From: Cycas panzhihuaensis
Taxonomy: Eukaryota > Plantae > Cycadophyta
Length of the DNA: 64,000 nt
Reading direction: 5' to 3'
Assembly (NCBI GenBank): GCA_023213395.1
Contig: CM041465.1
Location: forward strand, 219,115,741 to 219,179,740
The notes below the pieces were generated by a model that did not search any database, was not told the origin of the DNA, and saw only the letters and a program-made list of their open reading frames with translations. This document shows, one piece after another, positions 63,616 to 64,000 of the stretch (the stretch's first letter is position 1; each line of letters begins with the position of its first letter). The translations under genes were made by a program, and so were the position numbers.

Positions 63616-64000
63616 GATAAAAAGAGGATCAAACTTAAAGACAAAGTTATAGATGTAGGAATATTACAAGAATCACTCTACAAGGATATTATTGTAATAT
63701 AAGAGACTTAGCTTCGACTATAGGATGAGAAGGAGATAAGATCATGGTTAGGTATTCTTATCATGAGAGCACCTCCTAAATATAAACAAGGGTGAAAAGC
63801 TACTTAATGCTTAACATGTTTTAATCATAATTAAGGCCATAGTGGGCCTAAGCAACTAGATCTAAATGTTCTAAATGATGCACCCCAATAGACCTAAACT
63901 ACATTATTGTAGGTGGATATGAAATTGTTACATGACTTACTCTAAATACTAAGAGAGTAGAAATACAAAGGGATTTTTCTCTTTCTTAACTCACTAATTT

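Larger units (their letters stand above)
56790..64000 (-). mobile_element. Tat-like accessory segment C2 (runs off the right edge)
   Basis: Collinear direct copy of 32910-40200. Confidence 0.8.

Overview
AT-rich, CpG/CHG-depleted plant heterochromatin-type DNA (a large-genome seed plant, possibly a gymnosperm; this is inference) made almost entirely of nested, decayed retroelements. I found no intact host gene. Nest 1: a minus-strand Tat-like Gypsy fragment (A; gag and PBS at 1-2823, followed by its probable LTR) is interrupted by a Copia element (6312-32132, TSD ACTCA). That Copia is interrupted in its 3' UTR by an 18.3-kb full-length Tat-lineage Gypsy (B; 13309-31623, 3.2-kb LTRs). Nest 2: a ~7.3-kb Tat-like accessory segment occurs twice (C1 ~32910-40200, C2 ~56790-64000). 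Between the copies lies a minus-strand Copia (40533-54682, TSD GGTTG), which contains a full-length L1 LINE (43368-52710, 16-bp TSD), which contains a young non-autonomous LTR element (48872-52107, TSD TCATC). The young element carries an intronless copy of a host tandem-BRCT DNA-repair gene (At4g02110/BCP1-like). Two observations stand out. (1) A modular accessory cassette outside gag-pol, consisting of a stand-alone ~135-codon archaeal-type RNase H ORF, an antisense Plant Mobile Domain ORF, unknown ORFs and 29-bp tandem arrays, is present three times and arranged differently in B and C. (2) The LTR element has captured a processed BRCT gene. All identities and translations are manual estimates; no database search was run.
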